Source of the DNA: Eledone cirrhosa
Lineage: Eukaryota
DNA length: 64,000 bases
Reading direction: 5' to 3'
Assembly: GCA_964016885.1 (NCBI GenBank)
Contig: OZ024753.1
Location: 38,812,001 to 38,876,000 of the forward strand
Both the position numbers and the translations under genes were made by a program. Positions 43,492 through 58,878 of the stretch are shown piece by piece (positions within the stretch are counted from its first letter, which is position 1; each line of letters starts with the position of its first letter). The notes beneath the pieces were generated by a model. The model saw nothing but the letters and a program-made list of their open reading frames with translations. It made no database searches and was not told the DNA's origin.

Positions 43492-43571
<80 letters not shown>

Positions 43572-43616
43572 AAATGAAAGGTATAGAAAATATTGTAGCA
43601 AAAAGCCAATATATAT

Positions 43617-43668
<52 letters not shown>

Positions 43669-43846
43669 CTTATATATATATATATATGGAGATAGATAGA
43701 TAGATATATATCTGTATATATCTGTATTAGAAACTCATACAATTCTATCAGATGATACAAATCGATAAATCAACTATTTTATATATGTTGTCTATCATTA
43801 TCCATTCACATTATAATTTATCTCTTTAACGCATCACACACACACG

Positions 43847-43894
<48 letters not shown>

Positions 43895-45561
43895 CCCATA
43901 TTATATATATATATAAACCCATATTATATATATATATATAAACCCATATTATATATATATATATACGTGTATGCACATTTATAGTTATATCTATTTATAT
44001 GTATATAGATACTTTTAAACATACATACACATATACGTATGTGTTTGTGTGTGTGTGACTGGATGTGCAGGCACCTGTATATGTGTGTGTATGAGTCACA
44101 ATTACTGTACATTATAGACACTTTCACACATATACACCCTGACAGATTATGTCTAGCTCCCCACATATGGCTGAGTAGTTAAGAGGGTTTGCTTTCCCCA
44201 TGGACATGTGACTTGAACATAGTGTCGATTTGACCAATTTCTTTAATTTAGAAATCACTAGACATTTCTATATATTTAGGTTTGTGTGTAGCTGAGTTTA
44301 TGCCCTGTAACATCAGTATTAGAAAAAAAACCAAGATCGAGGAAATAAGTACCAGGCTCGAAGGAATACCGTACATTCTCGGATATTACCATGAGCTTCA
44401 ATCACATAACTGATTGACCATGGGTTAAACTCTCCAAAGAACAGAATCGAAGAAGATGTTTTCTGGAAGACGAGATGTTTCTCATCAATATAAGTTTTCT
44501 CTATCCAAGATACCGATGCTATGTTGTCTAAGAGTAAGGCCAGAGTCAGAGAGGCAGATACAATTTGACATCAGCTTTGTTGAAACTTATTTTAGCTAGA
44601 GGAGTGGGAGTGAAATAAAGAGAAATAAATATGTCTTGCTGAAGGATTCGAACTTCCAATTTTCCAATCGTGAGATTAACACTTTAACCACTATGCAACA
44701 CAGCTTTACATTACAATGAAAAGATAGATATTATTTTGTACATGCACTGTAACATATGAATTGTAACATATATGATATATATGTAAATAACAAATAACAG
44801 TTGCCTATCCATATTAAATCAGACACAGTGAATAGAGAAATCGATAATATTTGTATAATAAAAACAGAAATTGTGTGAGATTGTATAAGTGCCGTAAATT
44901 ACTGTTGATATAATAGAAGTGACTAAAAATAAGACAACACAATCTTTTATAGGAGAATAGTGAGTTTCTCACTTTTCTTAAGGGAATAAGTGAATTAACA
45001 TCCTAGGGAAATGGACGACAGAGTGTAGTCGGATCACAAGGTTTTTATTTATTTATATATTTTGGTTGTCATAGCAGCGATGGTTTACATACAGAAAATG
45101 CTAAAATACTTCTGTTTTTTATTTAAAAAAATTATACTTGTATTCTTTATCTGGCTTCAATCAAGAGCTTGCGGCCATACCGAAGCATCGCCATGATTTA
45201 GTGATTCACATCGACACCACAACTCACTGTGTATACTGTATATGTAGAGGAATATGTGACCAAGAACTTGCTTATAAAATTTGACAGGGAGGTCGGTTTA
45301 TATACGCCATCTAAACGATGTGTTGATTAGCTACCTCGGCTTATAAATAGGGTTTGGATTTTTGCCAATTTGTCAGATATAAAATAGGGGTCTATTATAT
45401 TAAAAAATATACGGTATTTCTTCGAGTCTGGTACTGATTTTCTCGTTCTCGGTGTTTAACCGCTATGTTAGAGGACATAAGCATAGGCACAGACACAGCA
45501 CTATAGAGAGAGGACATGAGATAGAGAGATATGATGTGTGTAAGAGAGAGAGAGAGAGGAC

Positions 45562-45616
<55 letters not shown>

Positions 45617-47660
45617 GAGGTGAGAAAGAGAGGACTTGAAGGAGAAAGTACGTGAGAGAGAGATGATGCGGGAGAGAGAGAGAGAGTGAGAGAGAGTAGT
45701 GAGAGAGAGAGAGTGAGAGATAGAGAGAGAGACGACGTGAGACAGGGAGAGAAGACGGGAGAAAGAGGGGAATTGATAGAGATGACGTGAGAGAGTCTGA
45801 GAGGACGTGAGAAAGAGAAGACTTGAAGGAGAGAGTAAGTGAAAGAGAGAGTACATGAGAGTGATTGATATATAGATAGAGAGTGACATAGATAGAGATA
45901 GATAGAGAGAGAGAGATTGATAGAGAGTGACATAGATAGGGTGAGAGAGAGAGAGGTTGATAGAGAGAGATAGAGAAAGAAATTTAGAAATTGATACAGA
46001 GGGAGTATTGACCCCAGTACTCAACTGGTAAAGTACTTATCAATCGTCACAAAATGGTGCAAAGCAAAAGCTGACCTCGGCAAATTTGACCTCGGCGTTA
46101 TTTGAACTCGGAGCGCAGAGAACCGGAATGTATACCGCAATGCATTCTATCTGACGTTCAAACACCTTTTCTTAACAACTGTAACAGCATAGAAATAAGT
46201 ATATGTTTTATATTCGTAATGTGTGTGCACTTTAGAACATTGCTAATCCTATAATCGATTCGAATTATATTATGATATGCTCAATTAATATTTCATCTCA
46301 GCATATACTACGTAATGATTTTATAATATCTGCTGCATATGATATAGCAATCTGTAAGCTTATATCTAACATGAGGATATGTTTGTTTCTCACATTGGCA
46401 GGCGGCCACAAAGCTGCATAGCTAATTGAATCATATCCAGTAATTGCCAGATTTTCTATTTTATCTACACCAGAGGGATGAAAGGCAGATATTTCCCGGT
46501 GAGATCTGAAATGAAAACGTACATGAGATGAAGCTAAACATTTTGATTTCAAAATGTATGTAAACTCCCCTCCTTCTATGATGTACGTACGGTCTCATAA
46601 CTAATAAGGGAGTCGTAGGGAAGCTGTATTGACATACAACATTTCTAGGGAACTTTTAAACCTGGCGGAGCCCATTCCTCTCCAGGTCTGAATACACTTG
46701 ATTTCTTCCAGAGAAGGATAGAGAGTGAGAGAATGGAAGTGAGAAAGAGATATAGAAGAAGAATCTACACCAGTACTAGACTGGTACTTTTTGTATCGAC
46801 CTGGAATCGATGAAAGGCAACGTTGATCTCGGCGGCATTTGAACTCAAGGAGCAGAAAACCGTAAAGAATACCGCGAAGCATTCTCTCTGACGTTCTAAC
46901 GGCTCAGCCAATTCACCGCCTACCCATCTATGATACAGAACTGTTTACAACGTTTATAATTAAATTAAAACAGTCCATCAAAGTTTATGTAAGCATCTTT
47001 GTTATGTGCCAAACACCAGCTTTAAAATGAGAAAATTAGGTACAGAACTGTATCCTTTCAAATTCGTGATTATTTTCAAATTGATTTGACAATTATAGAC
47101 AGTGTCATCCGTTAGAATTACGTTAACGAAAGGGTTAATATGTTTGTATTTATCTAAAATCATTCCATCATAATTTTATGAAAGAATCAGCTTAATAGTG
47201 AGTGAAGTAAAATTCCCCACAAGAAACTTTGTTGTGTTATGTTTCAAATACCAGCTTAACAGGAAAACTAAATCCTTCCATATTTATTGATTACTTCAAA
47301 AATGATTTGAAAACCATACACACAGTGTCTTTCATTAGAAATATGTTAAATAAAGAGTTACATTTTTTATCTATATAAATATCTTCCATTATAATTTCAT
47401 GTAATAAAGTTGACTTTGCCTTTCATCCTTACGGGGTCGATAAAATAATGCACTGGGTATTTGCTGGCCTTGTGCCTAAAGTAGAAACAATTATAATTTC
47501 ATGTAATAAAACATTGTTTTTGTTAAATCTTTCCATGGATCCCTTAGTAATAGATCTGTCAACCTCTAAAAACCCCAAAGAGGGTACCATGAAAAGAAGT
47601 GCCCCAAAACGATGAGATTTTACATAATGAAAGCTATACCCATTTTCACAAGAGAAAACA

Positions 47661-48441
47661 TGTCAGCCACCCGAAAGTGGGTGGGAGATCTCCCCGTCGG
47701 CCGGGGAGATTTGAGAGGTCTGAGTTAACGAAGAACATAAGTCAAATAGGAGTATGTAAACCTTTATTGCAATGCAGCAATATACAATACTGAGGTAAAT
47801 ACTGGGGTAAATACTGAGGTAAACGTACAACCGATGGCTATTCTTTTTATAGTTCGAACTGACATGGGTAACAACCAGTCATTCCAATATCACAACTGGA
47901 TTTACTAAGTAGCTGTAGCTTATCTCTTAATGCTAATATGTGGTTGGTTTGTACTTGAGTTTGTACTTGAGTTTGTACTTGAGCATGTACTTGAGTTTGC
48001 ACTTGAGTTTGTACTTGAGCGTGTACTTGAGTTTGTACTTGAGTGAACCGATAACCTTCCAGCTACGAGGTGATACAATTGTGATGTCTGATGATGTATC
48101 AATTTGTAAACTGATCATCTTTCGTTTCATTTTATATTTTCACATACTTTTGGTGGGCTTTGAAATTATCGCCAATCATTGCAACCCGGCATTAAGTTAG
48201 AGAATTGATTGTCGCTGATTGCTGTTTCATCTCATCCTCGTCGCCAATCCCTTAATAATGAGGACACAAAGGTCACATAAGAGTATGCGAAACTTAATAG
48301 CAACACATCAACACGTTCTCCCTATCCCTTCCGATAGATAGTTACCCTATTTATAGTCTGAACTGGCCCAGCCAATACGACTCGATGCTGATTGGCTGGC
48401 CGGCTGATCGCCTGCTGACATTGACCAATCAGGTACTGACA
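47661..48441 (-). mobile_element. Internally deleted Gypsy-type LTR element
   Basis: TGTCAG...CTGACA ends; LTR-like 48441-48250 with CCAAT and TATAAA; PBS TGGCGACGAGGATG at 48233-48246; protease relic LQIDTSSDITIVSPRSWKVIG at ~48045-48150; second diverged LTR-like segment with AATAAA. Confidence 0.78.
47950..48043. repeat. 12-bp minisatellite (GTACTTGAGTTT)n, ~8 copies
   Basis: Direct reading. Confidence 0.9.
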
Positions 48442-48509
48442 TGTTTTGCACAAAACATCATGGGGCCAATTATCGAAGAATAGAAACTTGTAGAATACCG
48501 TTTTCGATA

Positions 48510-48567
<58 letters not shown>

Positions 48568-48569
<2 letters not shown>

Positions 48570-48757
48570 CGAAGGAAATGTGGTAAGGAACCAGATGGAC
48601 CATAACGCACCAAAGTACTCAATACTTAGGGTAGTAGAGTGGGTAATAGGAACGAGTAGGACCCCGACGGCTGAGCTCAAGCCGTTTCGACGGCTAATTC
48701 TAGTCCAGAATGAGCCGTCGAAACGGCTTGAGCTCAGCCGTCGGGGTCCTACTCGTT

Positions 48758-48760
<3 letters not shown>
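48568..48760. mobile_element. Family A fold-back
   Basis: Nearly identical to 7997-8194. Confidence 0.78.
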
Positions 48761-48806
<46 letters not shown>

Positions 48807-49032
48807 GGAGTGGTGGAATCATTTCTGAATCGGCAGTGCCAAATTTGGACAATTTAGCTGTAGTCATTAGTTTAGCTCTTTACAGTCTAAAATGGTCAGA
48901 TAACTTCGATATGCGATAAACAAAACATATTTAAACTATAGCGCATATCCAAATAGATGTGTGTTTTGGTATTTTTGGGAGAAAATATAATTATTGCAAA
49001 GGGGCCATATCTCTGTGTTTGTCATTGTTTTT

Positions 49033-49069
<37 letters not shown>

Positions 49070-49074
49070 TATAT

Positions 49075-49719
<645 letters not shown>

Positions 49720-50239
49720 CCGCTACACTACTTCTATAATAATTGTCTACGAAAGCATAAACACGGGCAAAATGCATTCACTTCATCCATACGTAACAAG
49801 TACTTCTTTTTTTATACATTCGGCGAGTTCAAAGGAAAATGCGACCCCCACATTATTTCAACTGAAAATATTTTATCAAAATATGAAACGAGGCAGAACA
49901 TTATTCGTTTGACAAGCAACAAAAACCGCAGATAGTAAGGTGTTCATAACCTTTTCTCTAATACCATCGTTGAAAGTTGTTAAACAGCTATAGAAGCTGT
50001 GAACTATAATTATATATAATATTACTTTATGATTATATATAATCATATTTTATGCTTACCTCTTGATTTACAGCTTACGGCAGTGTTGATAATAATAGCG
50101 GTTATTTACTTCCAAGTTTCGCCCAAGATATCGGTTTTTGAAACTTCAAAGTAAACAATCATTATTAATAACAAATACACACGCGCACACTCAGGCAAAC
50201 ACACACACACACACAAGCACAGACGCACATACACACATA

Positions 50240-50285
<46 letters not shown>

Positions 50286-50373
50286 CATACATGTTACAAC
50301 CTCATATATATATATATATATTTGTATATGTATATATGAATATATACATATACAAATATATAAATATATGTAT

Positions 50374-50408
<35 letters not shown>

Positions 50409-50958
50409 ACCATATCTATAGTCACAGACACACACATGTCTGGTAATGTATTAACATTAGAAATTAACATTAATTTCAAATGTAGCTACAGGAAGAGATA
50501 TTCCTCTCGGTGAGGATATATTACTGATATTTCTTCAGATATTTCTTCAGATGACATCCGAGAGAAAGAGACAAAATCTAGATAAAATAAACAACTGAAA
50601 CAACCACAAAAACAACACCATCAGGATTTGAACCCAAAACTTTAGAATCTTATATGAAATAATTGTTTCTACTTTCGATACAAGTCCAGTAATTACCCAG
50701 TACATTACTGGTTCTTTATTTTATCGACCTTGTAAGGATGAAAGGCAAAGTTAACCTCGGCGGGACTTGAACTCAGATCGTAAAGGGACGTAACTATGCT
50801 AGAAAGCATGCCCGAACCTAATTGGAAAATTATCCCAGAGTAGCACATTTCTGAAGGATGAGTATTTGGTAGTGGTTATCAACTTGGTGTCGTTAGATTC
50901 CCTGAATTTCACAGAGGGAGTAATGGCAATTGCATGTATATTTATAAAAACATTATGT

Positions 50959-51049
<91 letters not shown>

Positions 51050-51184
51050 ATAAGAAGAAACAGGGGCTGTGTAGTTGCTGGAAAAGGTGTACTTACAAAT
51101 AAGAGGAAAGCATGAACGAGAGAAAATTTTCCTTCATCAGTTGTCTGCTGAGGATCATGGATATTTCTACGCATATATATATAT

Positions 51185-51245
51185 AGGAACAAGTATGAGC
51201 CCGACGGCAGAGCTCAAGCCGTTTCAAGGGCTAATTCTGGACTCA
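51185..51245 (-). mobile_element. Family A fragment
   Basis: CCCGACGGCAGAGCTCAAGCCGTTTC..CTGGACTCAT. Confidence 0.6.
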
Positions 51246-51269
51246 TATATATATATATATATAGTAATA

Positions 51270-51470
51270 ATAATAAAATTGAAGACTAAAATCCAAAGAG
51301 GGCTCGATAAGGATAAATATATATCAAATATATAAGAACCGTAGAGCAAATATTTATTAAATAACAGATTAAAGTTTAAGCAAAGAATCGCTGCTCTCAC
51401 CCTTAACGGGATCTTCTGAAGTTAAGGGTGAAAGGAGCGATTCTTTGCTTAAACTTTAATCTGTTATTTA

Positions 51471-51476
<6 letters not shown>
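51270..51476. mobile_element. Family C fold-back (other copies at 28440-28583 and 33826-34065)
   Basis: AAATCCAAAGAGGGCTCGATAAGGATAA..GCAAAGAATCGCTGCTCTCACCCTTAACGGGATCTTC plus an inverted arm; three copies, all between (TA)n tracts. Confidence 0.7.
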
Positions 51477-51519
<43 letters not shown>

Positions 51520-52221
51520 GACTATTCATAATGCATTCGTCTTTACGAGAGGGGAATGTGTGTGTGTTTGTGTATTTATACATGTGTGTATTTAAGGTGA
51601 AATGAGTATCACTTTTTCAAATTCTAATATCATATTATCGCCCCTCTTAGCTGAAATAATATCTAACATAATGGCTTATCTCAGTTATATCAAATAGACC
51701 AGTTATATCAAATAGACCAATTATATCAAATAGACAGCGGTATTTATTTATATATGGTCGTATAAATTCCCTCTACATATATAATGTTATATTGTCAATT
51801 GTCATATTTTTAGTCACTAAAATAGTTGGCCGAAGGAATAACATCCGGGTGTAAAACATTGCTTCTAAAAGGATCTCATAATGAGTATGAAAGCAATCAT
51901 TAGGGTCCGCAAGGCTAACCTGTGTTTTAGCAGAGAAAAATGGCATTAAAATACTTGCTGTTGCTACCGTTGTCGCTGACGCTGTCAATTTTCTTATTAA
52001 GTGTATATATTATAGAACGTAATATTTGGTGTCATGCGATATATCAGATCTGGAATATCGACATGTCATATCGAGCTAGCAATGGCGTTATAACCAATTC
52101 ACATTCTACATAGCAGATATTATGATTTTTATATCAATGAAAGTCGTATGTATAGAGTTAACGGTGTTAATCTATTTTGCTTAGAGAATATATATATATA
52201 AGTGTGTGTGTATTTATATAC

Positions 52222-52274
<53 letters not shown>

Positions 52275-52313
52275 TATATATATATGTATATAAGTATATA
52301 TATATATATATAA

Positions 52314-52362
<49 letters not shown>

Positions 52363-52474
52363 GTATGTATATATAAATATATATACATGTATATATATAT
52401 ATATACACACACACACACTCGCACACACACATATCTATATATATATATATATATATATGTACATATATATATAC

Positions 52475-52521
<47 letters not shown>

Positions 52522-52528
52522 TATATAT

Positions 52529-52620
<92 letters not shown>

Positions 52621-53247
52621 AAAGTGGATTTTAAAAAATCCTTTGCTGTCCGTATATACCAGGCAGAAGCAGTAATGCAGTAATTTCATATAAAATTTTA
52701 TTAGTAATTATATAGCTCGGCTATGTGTCTTGCTCTCGTTTGTGAGACGACAAACATAGCCTCTTCTACATTCACACGATAAAGTTGCTTGCTCCACACA
52801 TTAAGATGTGGGAAGAAACGATGATGAAATGTGAACAAAACAGAAAGCAACACAACAAACCAAACAATAAAAAAAAAACCATAAATATAATAATAAAAAT
52901 AAAATGGAAAAAATATAGACAAATAATAGGAAAATGTGTTTTATATTATTATTAGTATTATTTTGCTAACCAAACCAAGTTTCCTTCATTCCTAATCAAT
53001 ACGTGAACAGCTGACGCACGCCGTGGCGTACTTTCAAAGAAAGCTATGAAAAAAAAAAAAAAAAAATGATGAAACTACACAGAATTCTATTTAAAATATA
53101 GTTATAGAGATGAGAGAAAAAAAAATGATGATAACGAAATAGATAAAAACTTAGAAGAAATAAATTGCAGAATTGGAAAAATGTTTTCGAGCGTGCAGAA
53201 GAGATATAAAAATATATTTTGTCTATTATATATATATATATACATAT

Positions 53248-53350
<103 letters not shown>

Positions 53351-53403
53351 CCTCTCTCTCCCTCTCTATCTATCTATTTCTCACGCTCTCTCTCTCCCTC
53401 TCT

Positions 53404-53499
<96 letters not shown>

Positions 53500-53552
53500 C
53501 TTATGTTATATATAAATATATATACATATGTCTATATATATATATATATGTA

Positions 53553-53599
<47 letters not shown>

Positions 53600-53600
53600 G

Positions 53601-53632
<32 letters not shown>

Positions 53633-53648
53633 AGTGTGTTTCTGTGTA

Positions 53649-53713
<65 letters not shown>

Positions 53714-53960
53714 TTATATATATATATTTATATATATATATACAAGCACACATACACAGGAATACACACATATCCTTGCTAAAAGACAGATGGAGCAGTT
53801 GCGAAAAGAAAGATCTATGAAAGATTTTGTTGACAGCACATGGATGAAATTGCTGGCCAAGAACTTTTGGATTACATAGTTTTTATATCTCACGTCTAGA
53901 TTCTTTAGACACACACATGTAGACATATATACGAATATATATATATAAATATATATGTAT

Positions 53961-53994
<34 letters not shown>

Positions 53995-54035
53995 ATGTAT
54001 ATATATGTAAATAAATATATATATGTAAGTATATA

Positions 54036-54110
<75 letters not shown>

Positions 54111-54132
54111 GTAAATATATATATATATATAT

Positions 54133-54177
<45 letters not shown>

Positions 54178-54349
54178 CGAAGGGCGGTGGATTGACAGTA
54201 TGCTTTGAAGCATAGAGTTACGTCCCTTTATGATCTGAGTTAAAATCCCGCCGAGGGTAACTTTGCCTTTCATCCTTACGGGATCGATAAAATAAAGTAC
54301 CAGTAATGTACTGGTTAATTGATGACCTTGTGGCTAAAATAGAAACAAT

Positions 54350-54478
<129 letters not shown>

Positions 54479-55248
54479 TTATCTGCTTTTTAATATATAT
54501 CCTATCGTATCGTTTATATTGTTGAGACAGAAGAGTTTTCAAACGTCCGCTTGCAGACGACTATGTAAACCTCTACTGATTATTTCTTTTACGTAGATAC
54601 AATATATATATAGGATAATGTGAGGGTCAGGGTATAGTCAGAGAGAGAGAGGGAGAGAAAGAGGGAGGGAGAGAGAGAGAAAGGAAGAAGAAGATATTAT
54701 GGAAAAGGAATTAACTTCTGTGCCTAACTCGTACTTTGGTTATCGATCTCAAACGTATAAATGAAGAAGTAAACCTCGGTGGGATTTGAACTCAGAACGT
54801 AAAGGCCTGTAACTCTATACTACAAAGGATGGCGTCCGACCCTCTTCCGATACTGCCAAACCACGGATCTCGGCTGGATTTGAACGTAGTGTGAAGAAAG
54901 CCGGGCCAAATACCACAAAACTTTCTATCTGACGTTCTTACCGATTCTGACATTTCGGCAATTTATTTTATTGGTACCAGTTTTAAAGATTCTACACGAA
55001 TTAAAATGTCAGACTCACTCCAGCGAGATAAGCATCTTGTTTATAATATTATCGACTCAACTTTATTTCATTTTCACTATGTTTAATCCATACAACCTTC
55101 TACATAAAGCATTGGCTAGCATTGAATTGACTTTCCTATGTTATGCTAACAGATTGACAGACAATATGAATGGAATAGAAATAATTCTAGACAGTCTATT
55201 AATTAATTATGCATTCTCACAACTAATTACATTGCCATTACACACACT

Positions 55249-55280
<32 letters not shown>

Positions 55281-55730
55281 TACACACACACACACAAACA
55301 CATATGCACGCGCTCATACAAAGGAGTAGGAACACAATCATATACAATTAAAGTTTGTTTACATATATAAGACGAACATTTCCATATTTATACTGAATTG
55401 ACATTTGAAATACTTACGTAAATTTTAGAGTTTAACACTTTTGACACCAAGTCACTTGAAACCGCCCCCAGTTCCATGATGATATGGTATGGTCTCGTGA
55501 TATACGGCGTTTCTTGGGTATTTTAAGCTTGGCGGAGCCCATCCCTCTCCAGGCCTGAGATTTCCTCCTGAGATTTCTTTCTGAGAAGGATATAATGTGA
55601 CAAAGAGGATCTGAAAAAGAGATAGGATAGATAGGATAATGGTCTGAAGTCTTTGGTTTTTAGCTTCCATTCTCTCATATTTTATCGATCATAAGACAAA
55701 GTAAATAACAGACACATCCTTATATATATA

Positions 55731-55813
<83 letters not shown>

Positions 55814-56145
55814 AAATTTCGCTTAATCACCATTATTAATAAATAGAGATATGACTATATGGTATGTGTATAAGCATTTTTTCTTCTAACTTTAATTTTA
55901 TACCTAATTGTGTATGGTTGACGGTATATTTAATCGATTTCCACGTGCTATTGAAATGTTGGGTAAATATTCTATAGCGGTTGATTGCGAATAGATTAGT
56001 GTCGTTTATTTATCTACTATTTCTTCATAGGTGCCTTTTAATCTTATAGCCTGGTTTAATTGATTTTTTTTGTGGTTGATTATGCTAATTGGGAGAGGAA
56101 ATGATGTATATATATTATCAAATGATTCTATGGACATACTTTATA

Positions 56146-56177
<32 letters not shown>

Positions 56178-58014
56178 CATGGTGCCACAACATAGGATAA
56201 GCTATGCTCTGTTTAAAAATATCGGGCTTGTCTTTATGGTTTTCTAAATTTATATGAACATTTTCATATGGCCTAACTGAGAGTTTTTTTTTATCTTCTT
56301 CTTGTATCATTTTCCTTATTTGAAAAGCAAGTGCATAAGTATCTTTTCTTTACGTAAGCGAGTTGATAGATTGTTCTACGAATTGTGGTTAAGGCGTGGA
56401 ATTGGAGAAAATAGAGAAAATGTTCTGCTACAAATTCCTGCATGTTTCGATATATCATAAATAAGAACATTTAAAAAAACTATATTTCTATCTTTATTTA
56501 ACATTGCCTGACTGAGAGAACCAAAATAGTATCCACTGTTCTGGAGTATGCTATATTGTTAGAAGGAGAAAGGGAATCCGATAGAAACTGAGACATCCAG
56601 TCTAGAGAAAATGTTGATCTATTTGTGAGGAAAGCAAAAAATTTGTTACCAAAGCTAGACGTTGTTCAAAGAGATAAATGATATAATAAGTGATAGAGTG
56701 GTATAGTAATTTGGTTTATAAAGCGGCGAATTGGCAGAGTCGTTGGAACATCCGATAGAATGCTTTTCGATATTCGTTTCGATTTTCTGCTCTTTGAGTT
56801 TTAATCCCGCCGAGGTCAACTTTGCCTTTCATTGAATCCAGGTCGATAAAAATGTAGCAGTCTCGTTCTGGGGACGATTCTCCCTCTATATCTCTTTCTC
56901 ACTTCCATTCTTTCATTCTCAATCCTTCCCAGGAAGAACTCTGCAATATTCAGGTCTAGACAGGAGATAGGCTCCGCCAGGTTTTAAAAGATGACCTAGA
57001 TACATCGTATGCCAATGCGGCGTTCCTTCGACTCGCCTAGAAGTTACGGTTCCTTACATACGCGTCCATAGACACAATATAGTTTATACAATATGTCTAA
57101 TATAATCTGCCGTCTATAGCAGCTGGTTTAGGGTGGGTAGAGTATAGAACAAAGAAGCAGGAAACGTTAAGGTCAAAGTGGGTGGAATGACATAACCAAG
57201 ATTTCACAACTGACATCAGTTTCCAGTCTACCTGTTACATTTCATCAGATCTTCATTATATTTCTGCTAAGTCAGCGAATCAAGAGAAACGCCGCTTGAA
57301 CCTTGGATTAAATACCTCGTTTTTTATTTCCCCGGCTCACTGCACATTAAGTTGAAGTCCCGCCGAGCTCAACTTTTTACCTTTCAACCTCCCCCCCCCT
57401 CCTCCTCCTCCACCACCTCCTCCTCCTCCTTCTTCTTCTCCTCCTCTTCCTCGGAAGAAACCTGCTCTGTTCACACCTGGAAAAAGAGGGGCTTTACCAC
57501 GTTTATCAATGTCCATAACAGTCCCTGTCCTACATGTTCTCATAGGGTATACCTACGTTGAGTTACCTGAAAAAGTACATGTTTGTATGTGTATATATAT
57601 GTGTTTGTGTATGTATATATGTTGTTTGTGTTTGCATGAGTGTGTGTTAGGGCGTGTGTATGCATAAGTGTATGTCTGTTTGCATTTATCTGTGCGTTTG
57701 TCTTTATGTATATGTGTTTGTTTGTGTGTATGTATTGGTGTGAATGTTTTTCGTATATTTAAGTTTGTCTCTGCATTTATGTTTATGTATGTATGTATGC
57801 GTTTATGTACGTGTGTGTGTCTGTATATGTACATGTGTGTCTGTATATGTATGTGTATGTGTGATTACGTTTGTGTGTTTATGTATATTTAGATTTATCT
57901 GTGTATGTTTATGTGTTTATATATGTATGTGAGTGGCAGTATGTTTATGTTTATTTGGATTTGTGTGTGCGTTTTTGTGTTTATATATATATATATATGT
58001 CCATATATATATAA

Positions 58015-58093
<79 letters not shown>

Positions 58094-58215
58094 AATATAG
58101 ACATAGAATATTCGAAAATACTCTGTATGTTTATAATAAACATTTTGAAGACCTAATCGCTATAGAATAGAATACGTCACGTATTACAATTAGATTCTCG
58201 ATAAAAGCAAGGGAA

Positions 58216-58258
58216 GTAATCTACGCGTTTCATTCTTGTTAGAATTCATCAGGACTAC
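58216..58258 (-). ncRNA. Type I hammerhead ribozyme, array copy 1
   Basis: Minus strand: GTAGTC-CTGATGA-ATTC-TAACAA-GAAT-GAAA-CGCG-TA/GATTAC. Complete core, 6-bp stem I, 4-bp stem II, palindromic stem III (ACGCGT). Predicted GUA cleavage between 58222 and 58221. Confidence 0.93.
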
Positions 58259-58525
58259 ATATCCAGTGCTTTTATCGAGAATGACACAGCTAGAGACTTA
58301 TAGAATACTTAGCTGTGTACAGGAACTGGTTTGAAAGAGCGGTTGCCGGTCCGGCAGAAATTAGAAATTGGAATAAATGCTCTGAAATAGCGATATATAT
58401 GTGAATATAGACATAGAATATTCGAAAATACTCTGTATGTTTATAATAAACATTTTGAAGACCTAATCGCTATAGAATAGAATACGTCACGTATTACAAT
58501 TAGATTCTCGATAAAAGCAAGGGAA

Positions 58526-58568
58526 GTAATCTACGCGTTTCATTCTTGTTAGAATTCATCAGGACTAC
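58526..58568 (-). ncRNA. Type I hammerhead ribozyme, array copy 2
   Basis: Same sequence as copy 1, offset +310. Confidence 0.93.
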
Positions 58569-58835
58569 ATATCCAGTGCTTTTATCGAGAATGACACAGC
58601 TAGAGACTTATAGAATACTTAGCTGTGTACAGGAACTGGTTTGAAAGAGCGGTTGCCGGTCCGGCAGAAATTAGAAATTGGAATAAATGCTCTGAAATAG
58701 CGATATATATGTGAATATAGACATAGAATATTCGAAAATACTCTGTATGTTTATAATAAACATTTTGAAGACCTAATCGCTATAGAATAGAATACGTCAC
58801 GTATTACAATTAGATTCTCGATAAAAGCAAGGGAA

Positions 58836-58878
58836 GTAATCTACGCGTTTCATTCTTGTTAGAATTCATCAGGACTAC
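58836..58878 (-). ncRNA. Type I hammerhead ribozyme, array copy 3
   Basis: Same sequence as copy 1, offset +620. Confidence 0.93.

Noticed and set aside
53772-53879. Coding-looking stretch [35 protein letters not shown]
   Set aside because: No recognisable family or clear splice sites
55820-56450. Repeat related to 26420-26550, possibly a retroelement ORF remnant
   Set aside because: Homology is visible, but no RT or GIY-YIG motif could be read
56485-56680. Coding-looking stretch with an internal stop
   Set aside because: Unrecognised and interrupted; cannot be assigned
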